A DNA stretch of 64,000 bases from an uncultured Acetobacteraceae bacterium (GTDB lineage: Bacteria; Pseudomonadota; Alphaproteobacteria; Acetobacterales; Acetobacteraceae), in contig CAXTRK010000011.1 of assembly GCA_964246745.1 (NCBI GenBank), forward strand, positions 11,173-75,172, read 5' to 3'. The notes beneath the pieces are model-generated. The model did not search any database, was not told where the DNA came from, and was given only the letters and a program-made list of their open reading frames with translations. Positions within the stretch are counted from its first letter, which is position 1, and each line of letters opens with the position of its first letter. The position numbers were made by a program, and so were the translations under genes. Shown here in pieces: positions 46,417 to 56,344 of this stretch.

Positions 46417-47496
46417 TCATTCGACCTGCACCAGAACGCGGTGCCAAGCGGCACTGAGATAGCCTTTGCAGTTCCAGACATCAGACGCCGAAGCGGGCTG
46501 GGTCTGGCCGGCGCTATCCCAGGCGCGCACCGCGAGTTCGTGCCTGCCCACGGATAGGCGCACCGGCTTTTGCCAGAAGATCCAGCTCCAGGGCGAGCCA
46601 TCCCCCAGCAGCTCCGCCTGCATCCAGGTCCTGCCGCCATCCACCGAAACATCGACACGCGCCACGCGGCGCCCGGTGGCGATCGCGTAACCGCGCAGCA
46701 TGGTCTCACCGGGCGGCAGGCGCGCGTCCGGCGGCGGCTCGCAAATCGCGGCATTCAGCGGCATCTCATTGATCGTGACGCCGCGCCGCCAATCGATATG
46801 CTCCGCGTCCATGTCCGGCGGCAGCATCTTGTAGTCCTCTTGCTGGATCGGGTTCTCTGAGGCGTGATCCTGCACTGTGACACCCACGAGCCATTTGATG
46901 CTGCGCACGCCAGCATAGCCCGGCACCACCAGGCGCAGCGGAAAGCCGTGCTCAGGGCCGAGCGCCGCGCCGTTCATTTCCCAAGCCAGCAGCACGTCCG
47001 GATGCAGCGCCTTGCTCATCGGGATCGACACGCCGAAGCGGTGCCGTCCGCCCTCGGTCTCGACCGTGTCGGCGCCGAGGCAGGCGACATGCAGATCGCC
47101 TTCGGTTTCGCTGCCGGCGGCGCGCAGCAGATCGGCAAGCCGGATGCCGGTCCACTGCGCATTGCCGATCGCGCCGGCGGCCCACGGATCGCCGGACGTC
47201 GGAGCCACCGATTGCAGGTCCGCGCGCCGATTGCCGGCGCATTGCAGCACCGCCTCGACCCGTCGCTCCGACGCCAGCGCGCGCAGTTCAGGCACCGACA
47301 CGGTGAGCGGCGTGCGAACCCGGCCGTCCACGCGCAGGCGATGCCGCGACGCATCGAGCGGGGGGACGTCGCCATGGCTGCGGACATAGAAGTCCGCCGT
47401 ATCGGTGACGAAGCGGACTCGCAGCCGAGCCAGCGGCGGCTCCGCGTTATACGGATGGTCGGAATGGACGATGAGCGGACATTCAGGATCAGTCAT
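46417..47496 (-). CDS. Sulfite oxidase-family molybdoenzyme (Mo plus dimerisation domains, no heme domain, no signal peptide)
   Basis: FYVRSHG, LQCAGNRR, HGFPLRLVVPGYAGVRSIKWL and VDVSVDGG. Confidence 0.87.
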   Translation of the reverse strand: MTDPECPLIVHSDHPYNAEPPLARLRVRFVTDTADFYVRSHGDVPPLDASRHRLRVDGRVRTPLTVSVPELRALASERRVEAVLQCAGNRRADLQSVAPTSGDPWAAGAIGNAQWTGIRLADLLRAAGSETEGDLHVACLGADTVETEGGRHRFGVSIPMSKALHPDVLLAWEMNGAALGPEHGFPLRLVVPGYAGVRSIKWLVGVTVQDHASENPIQQEDYKMLPPDMDAEHIDWRRGVTINEMPLNAAICEPPPDARLPPGETMLRGYAIATGRRVARVDVSVDGGRTWMQAELLGDGSPWSWIFWQKPVRLSVGRHELAVRAWDSAGQTQPASASDVWNCKGYLSAAWHRVLVQVE

Positions 47497-47640
47497 GGCT
47501 CACCCTACAACGAAACTTTGGCGAGGAGAAGCTGAACGGCTTTGAAAGCTCGTCGTTGCCCGCGGGTCACGACGCGATGACGCGATTTGCAAGGCCGCCT
47601 TGCGAGGCGCAAGAGTTGCAGCCGTTGAGAGGCAGCGCCC

Positions 47641-49908
47641 ATGAACGACAATCCAAGAAACTTCACCGCCGAGGACGCGCTGGCGCTCCACGCCTCCGGC
47701 CGCCCTGGCAAGCTGGAGACGCGCATCTCCAAACCGCTCACCACGGCGCGTGATCTATCGCTGGCCTATTCGCCAGGCGTCGCCGAGCCATGCCTTCGTA
47801 TCGCGGACGAGCCGGAATGCGCCTACGCCTACACCACACGCGGCAATATGGTCGCTGTGATCTCCAATGGCACCGCGGTGCTCGGCCTCGGCAATATCGG
47901 GGCTCTGGCCAGCAAACCGGTGATGGAAGGCAAGGTCGCGCTGTTCAAGCGCTTCGCCGACATCGACGGCATCGACCTTGAAGTGGCCACCGAGGACGTC
48001 GACGCCTTCGTCGGTTGTGTGCGCCTGCTCGGCCCCTCCTTCGGCGGCATCAACCTTGAAGACATCCGCGCTCCGGAATGCTTCATCATCGAGCAGCGCC
48101 TGCGCGAGGCGATGGACATTCCTGTCTTCCACGACGACCAGCACGGCACCGCCATCGTCACCGCCGCCGGCCTGATCAATGCCTGCCACCTGACCGGACG
48201 CGACCTCGCCACCACCACCCTTGTGGTCAACGGCGCGGGCGCGGCCGGCATCGCCTGCATCGATCTGATGCTGACGCTGGGCATGAAGCGCGAGAACATC
48301 ATCGCCTGCGACACCAAGGGGGTGATCCATCGCGACCGGGCTGATCTCAACCAATGGAAATCGGCGCACGCGCGCCAGACCAGCCTGCGCACCCTGGCCG
48401 AGGCGCTGCGCGGCGCGGATGTCTTCCTCGGCCTGTCCGTCAAGGGCGCCTTGACCCAGGAGATGGTGCGCGGCATGGCGCCCAGACCGATCATCATGGC
48501 GCTGGCCAACCCCGATCCGGAAATCACCCCGGAGGACGCACGCGCGGCAAGCCCCGACGCGATCGTCGCCACCGGCCGGTCGGACTACCCCAACCAGGTC
48601 AACAACGTGCTAGGTTTCCCCTACATCTTCCGCGGCGCGCTGGACGTCCGCGCCAGCACTATCAACGAGGCGATGAAGGCCGCCGCCGCCGAGGCGCTCG
48701 CCGTGCTGGCGCGAGAGGACGTGCCCGACGAGGTGCATCGCGCCGCCGCGCGCCAGCTTCGTTTTGGGCCGGACTACATCATTCCCAATGCCTTCGATCC
48801 ACGTCTGATCACCCGCATCCCGCTCGCCGTCGCCCGTGCCGCGATGGAAAGCGGCGTCGCCCGGCGTCCTCTGCCCGACATGCGCCGCTACGCGCGCGAA
48901 CTCGCCGGCCGCCTGGATACGGCAGCGAACGCGCTCGACCTGATCATCGAGGGGGTGCGCGACGCGCCCAAGCGGATCGTCTTCGCCGAGGGCGAGGACG
49001 AGAAGATGGTCCGCGCCGCCTGCCTGTTCCACAAGGGAGGCTTCGGCACGCCGATCCTGATCGGACGCGAGGACCGGGTGCGCGCGGTGTTCGAACGGCT
49101 CGGGCTTGAAGTCGCGTCCGGCATCGAAATACAGAATGCGCGACTCTCGGCCCTCGAAGACCGCAACAACGCCCGCTACGTCGATTTCCTGTACGCGCGG
49201 CTGCAACGCGGCGGCCATCTGCTGCGCGACGTGCAGCGCATGGTCAACCAGGACCGCAACGTCTATGCCGCCTGCGCGGTGGCGCTCGGCGACGCCGACG
49301 GAATGGTCACTGGACTGACCCGTGCTCCGAGCCAGGCGCTGGAGGCGATCAGGCTGGCGATTGATGCCAAGCCCGGCGGCATCGCCTTCGGATTGTCCAT
49401 GCTGATCACCCAGCGTACCACGCTGTTCGTCGCCGACACGCTGATCCATCAACGTCCGAGCGCCGCCCAGCTCGCCGCGATCGCCATGGGCAGCGCCGTC
49501 CGCACCCGCGCCATGGGCCAGACGCCGCGAGTCGCCTTGTGCGCGCATTCAAGCTTCGGACTGCCAGCGCATGAAGGCTCGGTGCGGATCGCCGAGGCGG
49601 TGCGCCTGCTCGAGCAGAGCGGGGTCGATTTCGAGTTCGACGGCGATATCAGCCCGGACGTGGCGCTCGACGCCAACTTGCGGGCGCTCTATCCGTTCTG
49701 CCGCCTGTCCGGCAACGCCAACGTGCTGGTGATGCCCGGCCTGAACGCCGCGCATATCGCAGCCCAGCTCGCACCCAGGCTTGGCGAGGGACGCGTCATC
49801 GGCCCGGCATTGATCGGGCTCGAGCACGCCGCCCAGATCGTGCCGATGGACGCCACCGTCTCCGACCTGGTGACCTTCGCCTGCCTCGCCGCCAGCACGG
49901 ATATCTGA
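47641..49908 (+). CDS. maeB: NADP-dependent malic enzyme with PTA-like C-terminal domain
   Basis: LSLAYSPGVA, SKPVMEGK, FHDDQHGT, GAGAAG and GRSDYPNQVNN; C-terminal KRIVFAEGED. Confidence 0.93.
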   Translation: MNDNPRNFTAEDALALHASGRPGKLETRISKPLTTARDLSLAYSPGVAEPCLRIADEPECAYAYTTRGNMVAVISNGTAVLGLGNIGALASKPVMEGKVALFKRFADIDGIDLEVATEDVDAFVGCVRLLGPSFGGINLEDIRAPECFIIEQRLREAMDIPVFHDDQHGTAIVTAAGLINACHLTGRDLATTTLVVNGAGAAGIACIDLMLTLGMKRENIIACDTKGVIHRDRADLNQWKSAHARQTSLRTLAEALRGADVFLGLSVKGALTQEMVRGMAPRPIIMALANPDPEITPEDARAASPDAIVATGRSDYPNQVNNVLGFPYIFRGALDVRASTINEAMKAAAAEALAVLAREDVPDEVHRAAARQLRFGPDYIIPNAFDPRLITRIPLAVARAAMESGVARRPLPDMRRYARELAGRLDTAANALDLIIEGVRDAPKRIVFAEGEDEKMVRAACLFHKGGFGTPILIGREDRVRAVFERLGLEVASGIEIQNARLSALEDRNNARYVDFLYARLQRGGHLLRDVQRMVNQDRNVYAACAVALGDADGMVTGLTRAPSQALEAIRLAIDAKPGGIAFGLSMLITQRTTLFVADTLIHQRPSAAQLAAIAMGSAVRTRAMGQTPRVALCAHSSFGLPAHEGSVRIAEAVRLLEQSGVDFEFDGDISPDVALDANLRALYPFCRLSGNANVLVMPGLNAAHIAAQLAPRLGEGRVIGPALIGLEHAAQIVPMDATVSDLVTFACLAASTDI

Positions 49909-52112
49909 CCACGCCGCTGTCTTCCAAGCTGCACGTCCTGGCGCTCGCGGCGCGGCTGGCCGCCCGCGCCGCACGCCTCGGCGCGCCGCGGCTCGCCTCC
50001 ACGGCCGAGCGCCTGGCCAACATTCCCTTGGACGGCCTGCCCGCCGAGGCTCCGGTCCGCATCGACTGGGACGCCCATCAGATCCCAAGCATCCAGGCCG
50101 AAAGCATGGCCGATCTCGCGGTCGGCGTCGGCGTCGTGCACGCGCACTTGCGCCTGGCCCAGATCGAGGCGATGCGCAGGATCGCCACCGCGCGTATCGC
50201 CGAGGCAATCGGTCCCGCGGGCATCGAGCTCGACCGCGCCATCCTGCTGATGGACATCACACGGGCCGTGCCAGCCATCGAGGCGATGCTGCCGGAAGCC
50301 ACCAGGCTGTGGGCGGAGGGCTTCGTCGCCGGAATAAACCACGTCATCGCGCATGCCCCGCGACTCCCGCACGAGCTCGAACTGCTCGATCTCGCCCCCG
50401 TTGCCTGGACACTGCGCGATCTGCTGGCGGTCAGCCGGCTGGCCGCCGCCGACATCTCCTGGATGGTCTTTGCCCGATTGCTGCGCGCGCGACGGGGGCT
50501 GACAGCGGACGCGTGGCAGCGTCTCTGGCCGCTGCTTCAGGGCGGCGACAGCGTGCCCGCCCCTGACCGCGCCGTCGAGGCGACGCTCGGCTTTGGCCGC
50601 GGCAGCAATTCCGCCGTGGTGTCAGCGCGGGCCAGCCACACCGGCGCAGGCCTGATCGCGTCCGATCCGCATCTCTCGGTGGCGGCGCCCCCGCTCTGGC
50701 TGATCGCCGCCCTGCACGCGCCGGGCCTTGACACGGTCGGCCTGATGATCCCGGGCATTCCGGCGATCGCCATCGGCCGCAACCGTCATATCGCCTGGGG
50801 CGGCACCAATCTGCACGCCGCCAGCAGCGAACTGATCGACGTCTCCGGCGAGCCGCGCAGTGAACGCTTCGAGACCATCCCGGTGCGCAACGCCGCGCCG
50901 GCCACGATCGCGCTCGGCCAGACCCGCTTCGGCCCCATCGTCAGCGACGGCATTCTGCTCCAGGCCGAGACGCCGCTCGCCCTGCGCTGGGTCGGCCATC
51001 ATCCGAGCGACGAGCTGACCGCCCTGCTGGGCGTCATGCGGTCGGACAGCCTCGCCGCTTTCCGCGACGCGCTGCGCAGCTTCGCCGTGCCCGGACAGAC
51101 CATGCTCGCCGTGGAAGCCGGCCCGCAAGGCCGCGCCGGAAGCGCCATCGCCGCCCACCTGCCACGGCGCGACGCTGGTCCGATGGCTTCTCTCATCTGC
51201 CCGCCAGACGAGGCGTGGAGCCTCGGCGATCTGCTCAACGCCGGGGAGTTTCCCCAGACCGACGCGCCGATCGTAGTGTCCGCGAATGATCGTCCAGCGC
51301 CGTGCGAGGTGCCGGTCGGCTTCTTCTTCGCCCCGCCCGACCGGATACGCCGCCTGCACGCGCTGCTCGACACCGGCCAGCCGGTCACCTCGGACGACAT
51401 GCGGGCGCTGCAACAGGACGTGCTGCATCCCGCCGCCATCACGCTCCGCGACGCCCTGCTTGCCCGCTGCCCGCCGACTTCCGGGCGCACCGCGCATGCC
51501 CGTGCGGCGCTGGCGTCCTGGGACGGATGCTATGCATCGTCTTCCGAGGGGGCGCTGGTGTTCGAAGCGCTCGCCGGCGCGCTGGCGCTGCGGATCATTC
51601 CCCCGCCGCGCCGCGCGGCGCTCTCGGCGATCTGGACCGGCCGGGCGATGATCGCCGAACGGATCGCGCAGGCACCTCCACACGCCATCAAGATCGCGCT
51701 CGATCGCGCGGCGCGCCTGCTGCGCCGCCACACAAGCTGGGGCGCGGCACATCGCCTCCGCCTGCGCCACCCGCTGGCTTCGCTGCCGCTGGTCGGTCGC
51801 CGCTACGCCGGCCCCGATTTCCCCTCGCCAGGCAGCAACGACACGCTGAACAAGACCGGACACGGCCTGGTCACCGGCCGCCACCAGGTCACGTTCGGCG
51901 CCTGCGCCCGACATCTTTCCGACCTGGCGGAGCCAAACGCCAACAGCTTCGTTCTGCTCGGCGGTCAGGACGGCTGGATCGGCTCCGACAACGCCTTCGA
52001 CCAGCTCGAGCTGTGGCGCGCCGCGCGGGGCGTCACCGTGCCACTCGATGCGCAGGCGGCACAGGCATGGCCGCATCCCATGGTCCTCAAGCCAAGAGAT
52101 CGCCGTGGCTGA
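49905..52112 (+). CDS. Penicillin acylase-family Ntn hydrolase (frame open from CTG 49905; first canonical start is TTG 50028)
   Basis: IDWDAHQIPSIQA, HAHLRLAQIE, GSNSAVVS (Ser nucleophile), ASDPHL, GRNRHIAWGGTN, VSAND and GGQDG. Confidence 0.82.
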   Translation: MTTPLSSKLHVLALAARLAARAARLGAPRLASTAERLANIPLDGLPAEAPVRIDWDAHQIPSIQAESMADLAVGVGVVHAHLRLAQIEAMRRIATARIAEAIGPAGIELDRAILLMDITRAVPAIEAMLPEATRLWAEGFVAGINHVIAHAPRLPHELELLDLAPVAWTLRDLLAVSRLAAADISWMVFARLLRARRGLTADAWQRLWPLLQGGDSVPAPDRAVEATLGFGRGSNSAVVSARASHTGAGLIASDPHLSVAAPPLWLIAALHAPGLDTVGLMIPGIPAIAIGRNRHIAWGGTNLHAASSELIDVSGEPRSERFETIPVRNAAPATIALGQTRFGPIVSDGILLQAETPLALRWVGHHPSDELTALLGVMRSDSLAAFRDALRSFAVPGQTMLAVEAGPQGRAGSAIAAHLPRRDAGPMASLICPPDEAWSLGDLLNAGEFPQTDAPIVVSANDRPAPCEVPVGFFFAPPDRIRRLHALLDTGQPVTSDDMRALQQDVLHPAAITLRDALLARCPPTSGRTAHARAALASWDGCYASSSEGALVFEALAGALALRIIPPPRRAALSAIWTGRAMIAERIAQAPPHAIKIALDRAARLLRRHTSWGAAHRLRLRHPLASLPLVGRRYAGPDFPSPGSNDTLNKTGHGLVTGRHQVTFGACARHLSDLAEPNANSFVLLGGQDGWIGSDNAFDQLELWRAARGVTVPLDAQAAQAWPHPMVLKPRDRRG

Positions 52113-53607
52113 CGCGACACCCTTGCTGCGCGCGTTGGCCAGACGGCGGCAGATCGCGCTCGCGGTTCAGGACCCGCTGGCCGCGCAACGCGCGACGCTC
52201 GGCCGCCTGCTTCGCCGCGCCGCCGCAACCCGCTTCGGCCGCGCGCACGACTTCAACACCATCCGCACCATCCGCGACTATCAGTCCCGCGTGGCACTTC
52301 GCGGCTACGAAGCGTTCTGGGAGGAATACTGGCAAGCGGCCTTCCCTGCCCTCGATAACATCACCTGGCCGGGCACAATCCCCGCCTTTGCGCTGAGCAG
52401 CGGCACCACCGGAGGCGACACCAAGCGCATTCCGGTCAGCCGCGAGATGATGCGTTCCAATATCGGCGCGAGCTTCGATACGCTCGTCTTCCATCTGGCC
52501 GCGCGGCCGCATTCGCGCGTGTTCGGCGGCCGCAACTTCCTGCTGGGGGGCTCGGCGGCGCTCCAGCGGCTCGCGCCCGGCATCGTCGCCGGCGACCTCA
52601 GCGGCATCGCCGCCGCGCGCATGCCGCTCTGGGCCCGCGGTCACGCCTTTCCGCCACGCGCGCTGTCCCTGATCGGCGATTGGGACGCGAAGATCGCGGC
52701 GCTCGCACCCGCCTCGCTTGATCAGCACATCAGCAGCCTTTCCGGCACGCCAAGCTGGATGCTGCTGTTTTTCGAGCAGCTTGCCTCTCTCCATCCCGAA
52801 CGTCCACGACGTCTCGCCTCGTTCTATCCGGACCTCGAGCTGCTTGTGCACGGCGGCGTCTCGCTCACTCCCTATCGTGAGGCGCTGTCGTCATGGCTCG
52901 CGGGCGGTCACGCCGAGACACGCGAGGTGTATCCGGCCAGCGAGGGCTTCGTCGCGATCGCCGATCGCGGTCCAGGCGACGGCATGCGGCTGATCACCGA
53001 CCGCGGCCTGTTCTTCGAGTTCGTCCGCCCGGAGGCGCTCGACAGCTCCAATCCCGAGCGGCGCTGGCTCGGCAACGCCGATCTCGGTGTCGACTATGCC
53101 CTCATCCTCAGCACCAATGCCGGCCTCTGGTCCTATATTCTCGGCGACACCGTGATGCTGATCGAGCGCGACCCGCCAATCCTGCGGATCACCGGCCGCA
53201 CCGCCGCCACGCTGAACGCCTTCGGCGAGCACGTCATCGTCCACGAACTCGACACCGCCATTGCCGAAGCTGCCGAGGCGATCGGCGCCACCGTGGCCGA
53301 CTACACCGCGGGACCGGTGTTTCCGACGGAGATCAGCCCTCGAGGCGGCCACCTGTTCGTCGTCGAGCTGACCGCTCCCCATCCGGACCGCGAAGCCGCC
53401 TTCGCCGCATCGCTCGACGCCGCTCTGATCCGTCTGAACGCCGACTACGCGGCGCACCGGAGTCATGATTTCGGAATGCTGCCACCCGCCGTGCGGCTGG
53501 TTCCCGCCGGCACCTTCAGCGCCTGGATGCGCCGGCGCGGCAAGCTCGGCGGCCAGAACAAGGTGCCACGGGTGGTCGAGCACCCTGACCTCGTCACAAC
53601 AGGATGA
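52105..53607 (+). CDS. GH3-family acyl-acid amido synthetase
   Basis: SSGTTGGDTKRIP, YPASEGFV, YILGD and GGQNKVPRV; GTG start overlaps the acylase stop by 8 nt. Confidence 0.85.
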   Translation: MADATPLLRALARRRQIALAVQDPLAAQRATLGRLLRRAAATRFGRAHDFNTIRTIRDYQSRVALRGYEAFWEEYWQAAFPALDNITWPGTIPAFALSSGTTGGDTKRIPVSREMMRSNIGASFDTLVFHLAARPHSRVFGGRNFLLGGSAALQRLAPGIVAGDLSGIAAARMPLWARGHAFPPRALSLIGDWDAKIAALAPASLDQHISSLSGTPSWMLLFFEQLASLHPERPRRLASFYPDLELLVHGGVSLTPYREALSSWLAGGHAETREVYPASEGFVAIADRGPGDGMRLITDRGLFFEFVRPEALDSSNPERRWLGNADLGVDYALILSTNAGLWSYILGDTVMLIERDPPILRITGRTAATLNAFGEHVIVHELDTAIAEAAEAIGATVADYTAGPVFPTEISPRGGHLFVVELTAPHPDREAAFAASLDAALIRLNADYAAHRSHDFGMLPPAVRLVPAGTFSAWMRRRGKLGGQNKVPRVVEHPDLVTTG

Positions 53608-53643
53608 TGAGCCGCCGACGATGCCCGGAATGCGGGCTGGATG

Positions 53644-54858
53644 TCATGACGCTCCGAACGCGACGGCGGCGCGCTCGCGACGGCTTTCGGTACGGAGCTG
53701 GCCGCAGGCGGCGAGGATATCGCGGCCGCGCGGCATGCGTATCGGCGAGGCGAAACCCGCATCCATGACGATACGGGCGAAACGGTCGAGCTGTTGTCTG
53801 GTTGAAGGCTGATAGGCGCTGCCGGGCCAGGGATTGAACGGGATCAGGTTGACCTTGGCTGGAATCCCCGCGATCAGGCGGACCAGCGCGCGGGCTTCCG
53901 CCTCGCTGTCGTTGACGTGGCGCAGCATGACATATTCGAAGGTGATTCGGCGCGCGTTTGAGGCGCCAGGATAGCGCCTGCACGCGGCGATCAGCTCGTC
54001 GATCGGATATTTGCGGTTCAGCGGCACCAGCTCGTCACGCAGCGCGTCATGCACGGCATGCAGCGAGACCGCGAGGTTCACCCCCAGCTCCTTGCCGCAC
54101 TGGTCCATCATCGGCACCACACCGGAGGTGGAGAGCGTGATGCGACGTCGCGACAGGCCGATGCCATCGCCGTCCATGACGATGCGCATGGCCTTGGCGA
54201 CGTTCTCGTAATTGTAGAGCGGCTCGCCCATGCCCATCAGCACGATGGTCGACAGCAGACGCGGCGTCTCTCCACGAGGGCTTGGCCACTCGCCGTAGCT
54301 GTCACGCGCGGCCATGAACTGGCCGGTGATCTCGGCCGCGCCCAGATTGCGCGCAAGAAGCTGCGTGCCGGTGTGGCAGAAGCGGCAGGACAAGGTGCAG
54401 CCGACCTGGCTCGAGATGCACACGGAGCCGCGATCATGGGCGCGGTCCGGGATATAGACGGTCTCGGCCTCCTGACCGTCGCGGAACCGGAACAGGAACT
54501 TGCGGGTATGGTCGCCGCTGGTCTGCACGTGCGCTGTCTCGGGGCGGCCGATCACGAAGTGCTCGGCGAGTTGTCTTTGCAACGGCCGCGCGATCGAGGT
54601 CATCGCGGCAAAGTCGACCACTCCCTGATTGTAGATCCAGTGCCAGAGCTGCCCGACGCGGAACGGCTTTTCGCCGAGGGCGGCGAGCGCCTCGGTCAGC
54701 TCGCCGCGCGACAGCCCGACCAGGTCGCGCCTGCCATCAGCCAGCACCGCGGGCGGCGGCGCCCACATCGCGGTCTTGGCGAGGATGCGCCCGCGTTCCG
54801 CGTCGGTCAGCGGCGCTATTGCACCGCCAGGATCAGGTGCATCGAGGGATACGGTCAT
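53644..54858 (-). CDS. rlmN: Dual-specificity RNA methyltransferase RlmN
   Basis: [28 protein letters not shown] and DILAACGQL. Confidence 0.93.
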   Translation of the reverse strand: MTVSLDAPDPGGAIAPLTDAERGRILAKTAMWAPPPAVLADGRRDLVGLSRGELTEALAALGEKPFRVGQLWHWIYNQGVVDFAAMTSIARPLQRQLAEHFVIGRPETAHVQTSGDHTRKFLFRFRDGQEAETVYIPDRAHDRGSVCISSQVGCTLSCRFCHTGTQLLARNLGAAEITGQFMAARDSYGEWPSPRGETPRLLSTIVLMGMGEPLYNYENVAKAMRIVMDGDGIGLSRRRITLSTSGVVPMMDQCGKELGVNLAVSLHAVHDALRDELVPLNRKYPIDELIAACRRYPGASNARRITFEYVMLRHVNDSEAEARALVRLIAGIPAKVNLIPFNPWPGSAYQPSTRQQLDRFARIVMDAGFASPIRMPRGRDILAACGQLRTESRRERAAVAFGAS

Positions 54859-55018
54859 GCGCGGCGGTATAGCGCGTGGGAACGGGGATTACGCATGGTT
54901 TCACGCCCATGGGTCCGCGGACGTCTCCGGCAAAGACGATTGTCACGAGGCCGCCTAACGAATGCCACGTTCTGGGTGTGCCTTCGCGGATGCATGCCGG
55001 ATGGCTGAGGAGGCTTGA

Positions 55019-55171
55019 GTGGACGAACTGGAATACGAGGCGAAGCTGGTTGAGCTGGATCATCTGCTCAACGATGCGGATGTCGAGCCGGAACCCGCAT
55101 ATATCTGGACTCTGCTGGCCGAGATCTCGCATCACGATCTGCACGAGGCGGCGTCGTCCCAGGCGCCTTGA
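55019..55171 (+). CDS. Small acidic protein (50 aa), absent from the ORF track
   Basis: GAGGAGG SD then GTG; VDELEYEAKLVELDHLLNDADVEPEPAYIWTLLAEISHHDLHEAASSQAP. Confidence 0.6.
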   Translation: MDELEYEAKLVELDHLLNDADVEPEPAYIWTLLAEISHHDLHEAASSQAP

Positions 55172-55216
55172 GGCCCTGGTGTGGACGGGATGACGCGAAC
55201 GTGAGATAGCCGCGCC

Positions 55217-56194
55217 ATGGCGCATGGCGGGCAATATCTTGCATTCGGAGCCGCGTTTCTGGCGCTTGCCTTGTGTCACGGCGGCAGAGCCGAAGAGCCC
55301 GCCGCTGGCGACTCCGCGTTCCTGGGACGCCCGGCAGGCGCGCAGCTTATTGCCACCGATCAGTCTGACGATGATGAGGCGACGCTGCCAAGCGGACCCT
55401 ACCGGGATTTCGGCTTCACGTCCACGATCCGTCCGGAAGGCCGCATCACCAGGGCGGCCTATGCCTTTCCGCGTTCGCTCTCCAGCATTGCGGTGATGAA
55501 CCAGTATCGGGAGATGTTGAAGGGGGCCGGTTTCAGCATCGTCTTCCAGTGCGACGGGCGTGACGGCTGCGGCGGCTTCAACTTTGGCGAGGCATTGACC
55601 CAGCGGATGGTGGAGTCGCATAGCGGCGACCAGGGCAACCGCATCATTGATCTGCTCAATCCGGTAGGCGGCGACATACGCTATATCCTGGCGACCCTGG
55701 ATCGGCCGCAGGGCCGCGTGACCCTCGCACTCGCGGTGGCCCGCTCGGTGGGACGAGAGCCGGGCGCGTTTCTCGAAACCGTCGAGCAGCCGCCATCGAG
55801 CACGACCGCGCCGCTCACCAGCGCCGTGCGGCTCGCTGCCGCCTTGCGCGCGCAGGGCCGTGTCGCGCTTTACGGCATTCATTTCCGACCACGCGATGCG
55901 GCCATGCTCAACGACTCGCGGCCGCTGCTTGGCCAGGTTGCCGCGATGCTGCTGGCCGATCCGACGATGAAGCTGATCGTGGTTGATCACTCGGACACCT
56001 CCGCCTCCATTGAGCAGGCCTTGCCGCTCTCGTCGGCACGGGCACAAGCGATACGGCAGGCGCTGATCAACCAGTGGAAGGTTCCCGCGGTGCAACTCGA
56101 CTCGCTCGGCGTTGGTCCGGCCGCGCCAATCGCCTCGAACGCCGATGAGGCCGGGCGCGCGCTCAACCGACGGGTTGAGCTTGTGCTCGAATAA
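55217..56194 (+). CDS. OmpA-domain protein with signal peptide
   Basis: C-terminal LYGIHF..LSSARA..GRALNRRVELV. Confidence 0.78.
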   Translation: MAHGGQYLAFGAAFLALALCHGGRAEEPAAGDSAFLGRPAGAQLIATDQSDDDEATLPSGPYRDFGFTSTIRPEGRITRAAYAFPRSLSSIAVMNQYREMLKGAGFSIVFQCDGRDGCGGFNFGEALTQRMVESHSGDQGNRIIDLLNPVGGDIRYILATLDRPQGRVTLALAVARSVGREPGAFLETVEQPPSSTTAPLTSAVRLAAALRAQGRVALYGIHFRPRDAAMLNDSRPLLGQVAAMLLADPTMKLIVVDHSDTSASIEQALPLSSARAQAIRQALINQWKVPAVQLDSLGVGPAAPIASNADEAGRALNRRVELVLE

Positions 56195-56226
56195 GGTTGC
56201 GTGTGGAGGCCGTGCGCCGGACAAGC

Positions 56227-56266
56227 TTGTCATGGAACGGTCATGTTTTTGCAACATTGCCGCCAT
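56227..56266 (+). promoter_or_regulatory. Pho boxes upstream of pstB
   Basis: 11-bp periodic TTGTCAT-ggaa-CGGTCAT-gttt-TTGCAAC-attg-CCGCCAT. Confidence 0.65.
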
Positions 56267-56344
56267 GCCGTCCGCGTAAAGCTGCGCGCGGTCGGTTTGC
56301 TTGCGGCAGGGCCAATCGCCAGGGCCAATCGATGAGGCCGATCG

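Noticed and set aside
47589-47603. GCAAGGC-C-GCCTTGC palindrome upstream of maeB
   Set aside because: Short, GC-rich and matches no regulator I can name; could be chance
54876-55193. 105-aa track ORF
   Set aside because: Arg/Trp-rich with no SD; the overlapping 50-aa frame at 55019 has a strong SD and a more protein-like sequence
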